From the NCBI GenBank assembly GCA_031960885.1, contig JAVRLY010000043.1, positions 1-10,925 of the forward strand: 10,925 nt of DNA, written 5' to 3'. A program made the position numbers and the translations under genes. Each line of letters opens with the position of its first letter. Positions within the stretch are counted from its first letter, which is position 1. Positions 7,889 through 10,925 of this stretch are shown here, piece after piece. The notes under the pieces were generated by a model, which did no database searches, was not told where the DNA came from, and saw nothing but the letters and a program-made list of their open reading frames with translations. Source of the stretch: Desulfurella sp. Its GTDB lineage: Bacteria > Campylobacterota_A > Desulfurellia > Desulfurellales > Desulfurellaceae.

Positions 7889-8410
7889 TTAGGTTATTTT
7901 AAACTCCCATGCGCAATGGTATCCAGCGCTACTAATATCATCTGGAGGACATTTAATTACATTTGTTTGTATCCGCTCGTCAATGGTTTTTGCAAAGTAA
8001 CCATACTCTATAATTCCTACACTTTTGCATGGAAAAAATGGTAGTTTTTTTCTATGTCTTGCTGCTTGAACCCTACAGGTAGTCATTTTCAAAATTAATG
8101 TATTGTCATTTGGTCTTTCTATAACTTGTTCATTAATACGTCTATACATCCTAAAATTCAAGGCTTTTTCGAGGCCATCCAAACCACTATTTTTGGGTAG
8201 GCTTAACCTTTCCATTATCCTTTTTGCTTCAATTACAGTAAAATCCTTCCAAGCCTCTTCATCAAGCTTTATAGCTGCATCAATACCAAAATGCTTTTCC
8301 ACAGCTTGAAACCATAAACCATCGTGAGCAAGCCAGTTTTTTGCTTCATCTTCTATTACTTTTATTAACTCTTCTTTGCTTAAAACATCCAATTCTGGAT
8401 ATATTGACAT
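7889..8410 (-). CDS. Uncharacterised four-Cys protein, DUF6125-like (possible V4R/H-NOX-like fold with a Zn site)
   Basis: The motifs KNWLAHDGLWFQAVE, EAKRI, CRVQAAR, FPCKSVG, CPPD and CAWEF match my recollection of DUF6125. The start is placed at ATG 8410 (173 aa) rather than GTG 8416 because the minus strand reads TAG-GGGTG-TTT-ATG, so the GTG is part of the SD-like element. Confidence 0.75.
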   Translation of the reverse strand: MSIYPELDVLSKEELIKVIEDEAKNWLAHDGLWFQAVEKHFGIDAAIKLDEEAWKDFTVIEAKRIMERLSLPKNSGLDGLEKALNFRMYRRINEQVIERPNDNTLILKMTTCRVQAARHRKKLPFFPCKSVGIIEYGYFAKTIDERIQTNVIKCPPDDISSAGYHCAWEFKIT

Positions 8411-8418
8411 AAACACCC

Positions 8419-9576
8419 CTATTTCAATAACATTTTAGATATTACTATCCTTTGCACTTCATTAGTCCCTTCATATATTTCTGTAATCTTTGCATCTCTA
8501 TACATGCGCTCTATTTCATATTCTGCAATATAACCATATCCGCCATGTATCTGCAGTGCTTCTTTGGTTACATATGTTGCAGTTTCTGAAGCGTAAGCTT
8601 TTGCCATAGAAGATTTAATTATTAAATCATTGTAGCTCGCACCATTTTCTAGGTTGTCTTTTATCCATGCGGACTCGTACACAAGCAATTTAGCTGCTTC
8701 AATTCGCATTGCCATGTCAGCCAATTTAAACTGTATAGCTTGAAATTCGCTCAATGTCTTACCAAATTGTTTGCGCTCCTTTGCATACTCAAGTGCCCTT
8801 TCATATGCACCTTCTGCGATTCCAAGCGCCTGTGCGGCTATACCAATTCTACCGCCATCCAAGCAATCCATTGCAATTTTAAAGCCTTCACCTTCTTTAC
8901 CAAGCAAGTTTTCTTTTGGTACCTTAACATTTTCTAAAGTAAAAACAGATGTGTATGTGCCCCTTATACCCATTTTATCTTCATTTCTTAAAAGTTCTAT
9001 GCCTTCTGATTTTAAATCCAGTATAAATGCATTTATTCCCTTATGGCGCAGCGTCTTGTCATAAGTTGCAATTAATATACCATAGTCTCTATAACCACCA
9101 TTTGTTACAAATATCTTGTTTCCATTTGCTATATAATAGTCACCATCTTTTTTTACAGTTGTCGAAACGTTTGCTGCATCTGAGCCTGCTTCTGGTTCTG
9201 TTAACAAAATACAACCAATCTTTTGCCCACTTGCAAGTGGCGTTAAATATTTTTCTTTTTGCTCTTTAGTGCCAAATTCATATATAGGGTTTGCACAAAG
9301 TGAAGTATGGGCGCTTATTAAAACGCCTGTTGATGCGCATACTTTTGAAATTTCTTCTACTGTTATTGCATAAGATAAAAACGATAGACCAGCTCCGCCG
9401 TATTCTTGAGGTATATAAACACCCAAAAGCCCTAACTCACTTAATCCTTTTATAATAGAATCAGGTATCTTGTGATTTTTATCAATATCTTGCGCTATAG
9501 GTTTTAATTCTTTTTGTGCAAAACTTCTAACGGTATCTTGAACCATTTTTTCTTCATCTGTTAATTGAAAATTCAT
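8419..9576 (-). CDS. Acyl-CoA dehydrogenase, short/branched-chain (butyryl-CoA dehydrogenase-like)
   Basis: Motifs LTEPEAGSDA, NGNKIFVTNG, EDKMGIRG, LDGGRIGIAAQALGIA, RKQFGK, QIHGGYGY and RDAKITEIYEGTNEVQR, with the catalytic Glu at the SCAD/MCAD position. Its SD AGGAGG lies in the last codons of the crotonase gene. Confidence 0.95.
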   Translation of the reverse strand: MNFQLTDEEKMVQDTVRSFAQKELKPIAQDIDKNHKIPDSIIKGLSELGLLGVYIPQEYGGAGLSFLSYAITVEEISKVCASTGVLISAHTSLCANPIYEFGTKEQKEKYLTPLASGQKIGCILLTEPEAGSDAANVSTTVKKDGDYYIANGNKIFVTNGGYRDYGILIATYDKTLRHKGINAFILDLKSEGIELLRNEDKMGIRGTYTSVFTLENVKVPKENLLGKEGEGFKIAMDCLDGGRIGIAAQALGIAEGAYERALEYAKERKQFGKTLSEFQAIQFKLADMAMRIEAAKLLVYESAWIKDNLENGASYNDLIIKSSMAKAYASETATYVTKEALQIHGGYGYIAEYEIERMYRDAKITEIYEGTNEVQRIVISKMLLK

Positions 9577-9577
9577 A

Positions 9578-10354
9578 TTACCCTCCTGTATAATTTGGTT
9601 TTCTTTTTTCTACAAATGCACTTAAGCCTTCTTTAGCATCGTTGCTTGAAAATACTACGCCAAATAAACTTGCTTCATACTTCAAACCGTCTTCTTTTGA
9701 TAAATTAAATCCATCTACTATGGCTTTCTTTGCAAGCGCTACAGCTAGAGGACCATTTTTTTGTATTTGGCTTGATAATGCTTCTGCTGCAGAAATAAGT
9801 TCTTGTTTGCTTTGATAAATTTCACTTACTATACCAAGCTCTTTTGCTTTGGCAGCATCTATCATCTTTGCGCTAAAAATTAGCTCTTTTGCTAGAGATT
9901 TTCCAACAAGGCGCGATAAGTTTTGCGTACCGCCAAAGCCTGGTATTATGCCAAGACCAACTTCTGGAAAACCTAACTTAGCATTTGCACTTGCAAGTAT
10001 GATATCGCATGAGAGTGCAACTTCAAAACCACCACCTAAAGCAAACCCATTTACACAAGCAATATAGACTTTGCTTGACGTTTCCATTAAGTTAAGCGTT
10101 TGCTGACCAACTCTTGCAAACTCAAGTGCTTCATGGGGCATTAGCTTTTGCATGTATTCAATATCAGCACCTGCTACAAACGCTTTCTCACCTGAACCAC
10201 TCACTATTACACATCTTACGTTTTTATCACTTTCTATTTTTAATAATAATTCTTTTAGCTCAAGTATTGTCTCGATATTTAAAGCATTGAGTTTGTCTGG
10301 CCTATTTATTGTTAAATAGCCTGTGCCACCCTTTGATTCAAACAACACATTCAT
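9578..10354 (-). CDS. crt: Enoyl-CoA hydratase (crotonase)
   Basis: Motifs INRPDKLNALN, KAFVAGADI, VNGFALGGGFE and GFPEVGLGIIPGFGGTQ. Both catalytic Glu residues are present. The SD AGGAGG overlaps the hbd TAG stop. Confidence 0.93.
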   Translation of the reverse strand: MNVLFESKGGTGYLTINRPDKLNALNIETILELKELLLKIESDKNVRCVIVSGSGEKAFVAGADIEYMQKLMPHEALEFARVGQQTLNLMETSSKVYIACVNGFALGGGFEVALSCDIILASANAKLGFPEVGLGIIPGFGGTQNLSRLVGKSLAKELIFSAKMIDAAKAKELGIVSEIYQSKQELISAAEALSSQIQKNGPLAVALAKKAIVDGFNLSKEDGLKYEASLFGVVFSSNDAKEGLSAFVEKRKPNYTGG

Positions 10355-10363
10355 ACAAGCCTC

Positions 10364-10925
10364 CTATTTTTTCTCGTATTTGTAAAAACCCCTACCGCTT
10401 TTTCTTCCCAAAAAACCCGCTTCTACCATTTTAACAAGCAGCGGGCATGGTCTGTACTTTGAATCCTTAAAGCCTTCATATAGCACATTCTGTATTGCAA
10501 GCACAGTATCTAGGCCAATAAAATCTGCTAGCGTCAATGGTCCCATTGGCTGGTTTGTGCCTAGTTTCATGCCTTTATCTATGTCTTCGGCTGAAGCTAT
10601 GCCTTCGTAGTAAGCATATATTGCTTCATTGATCATGGGTATTAGAATGCGGTTTACAATAAAGCCTGGATAATCTTTGGACAATACTGGGTTTTTGCCT
10701 ACTGACTTTGCTAAATCAAGCACTGTGTTGTAGGTTTCTTCGCTTGTTGCAATCCCTTTTATTACTTCTACAAGCTCCATTACGGGCACTGGGTTCATAA
10801 AATGCATACCAATTACTTTGTCTGGCCTTTTGGTTTGAAAACCAAGCTTCGTTATTGATATAGAAGAAGTGTTTGAAGCAATGATAGAGCCCTCTTTTAC
10901 AATAGAATCAAGTTTTGAAAAAAGC
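10364..10925 (-). CDS. hbd: 3-hydroxybutyryl-CoA (3-hydroxyacyl-CoA) dehydrogenase, 5'-partial
   Basis: The frame stays open to the window edge ([45 protein letters not shown]), so the ATG at 10807 is internal. Motifs [14 protein letters not shown] (catalytic His), [23 protein letters not shown] and [10 protein letters not shown]. Confidence 0.95.
   Translation of the reverse strand, partial: LFSKLDSIVKEGSIIASNTSSISITKLGFQTKRPDKVIGMHFMNPVPVMELVEVIKGIATSEETYNTVLDLAKSVGKNPVLSKDYPGFIVNRILIPMINEAIYAYYEGIASAEDIDKGMKLGTNQPMGPLTLADFIGLDTVLAIQNVLYEGFKDSKYRPCPLLVKMVEAGFLGRKSGRGFYKYEKK

Noticed and set aside
8414..8416. GTG start for the DUF6125-like gene
   Set aside because: It lies inside the SD-like AGGGGTG; ATG 8410 is better placed, though this is not proven.
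8103..10067. Short + strand ORFs 8103-8309, 8740-8937, 8771-9064, 9027-9269 and 9849-10067
   Set aside because: They are antisense shadows of the DUF6125-like, acd and crt genes.
10805..10807. ATG start of the 147-aa ORF
   Set aside because: It is the internal Met of the GMHFMNP motif; the frame continues to the window edge.

Overview
AT-rich bacterial window with two convergent units. The + strand carries the 3' part of a TonB-dependent outer-membrane receptor, open from base 1 to the stop at 1704. The - strand carries a tightly packed run of at least 7 genes, truncated upstream by the window edge: 3-hydroxybutyryl-CoA dehydrogenase (partial), crotonase, acyl-CoA dehydrogenase, an uncharacterised four-Cys protein (DUF6125-like), fused isobutyryl-CoA mutase/GTPase IcmF, a membrane heme b/Fe-S/CCG oxidoreductase (FadF/EtfD/EMO type) and a DJ-1/PfpI protein. 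A perfect 14-bp inverted repeat separates the two units. I read the cluster as a B12-dependent module that isomerises and beta-oxidises short or branched acyl-CoAs and passes electrons to the quinone pool. It embeds two genes with no established role in that pathway, the DUF6125-like and DJ-1/PfpI genes, and these are the most interesting leads. The host is a low-GC diderm, plausibly an anaerobic fatty-acid oxidiser such as Desulfurella/Hippea (impression only). No RNA genes, CRISPR arrays or mobile elements were seen. All family assignments come from motif recognition, not database searches.
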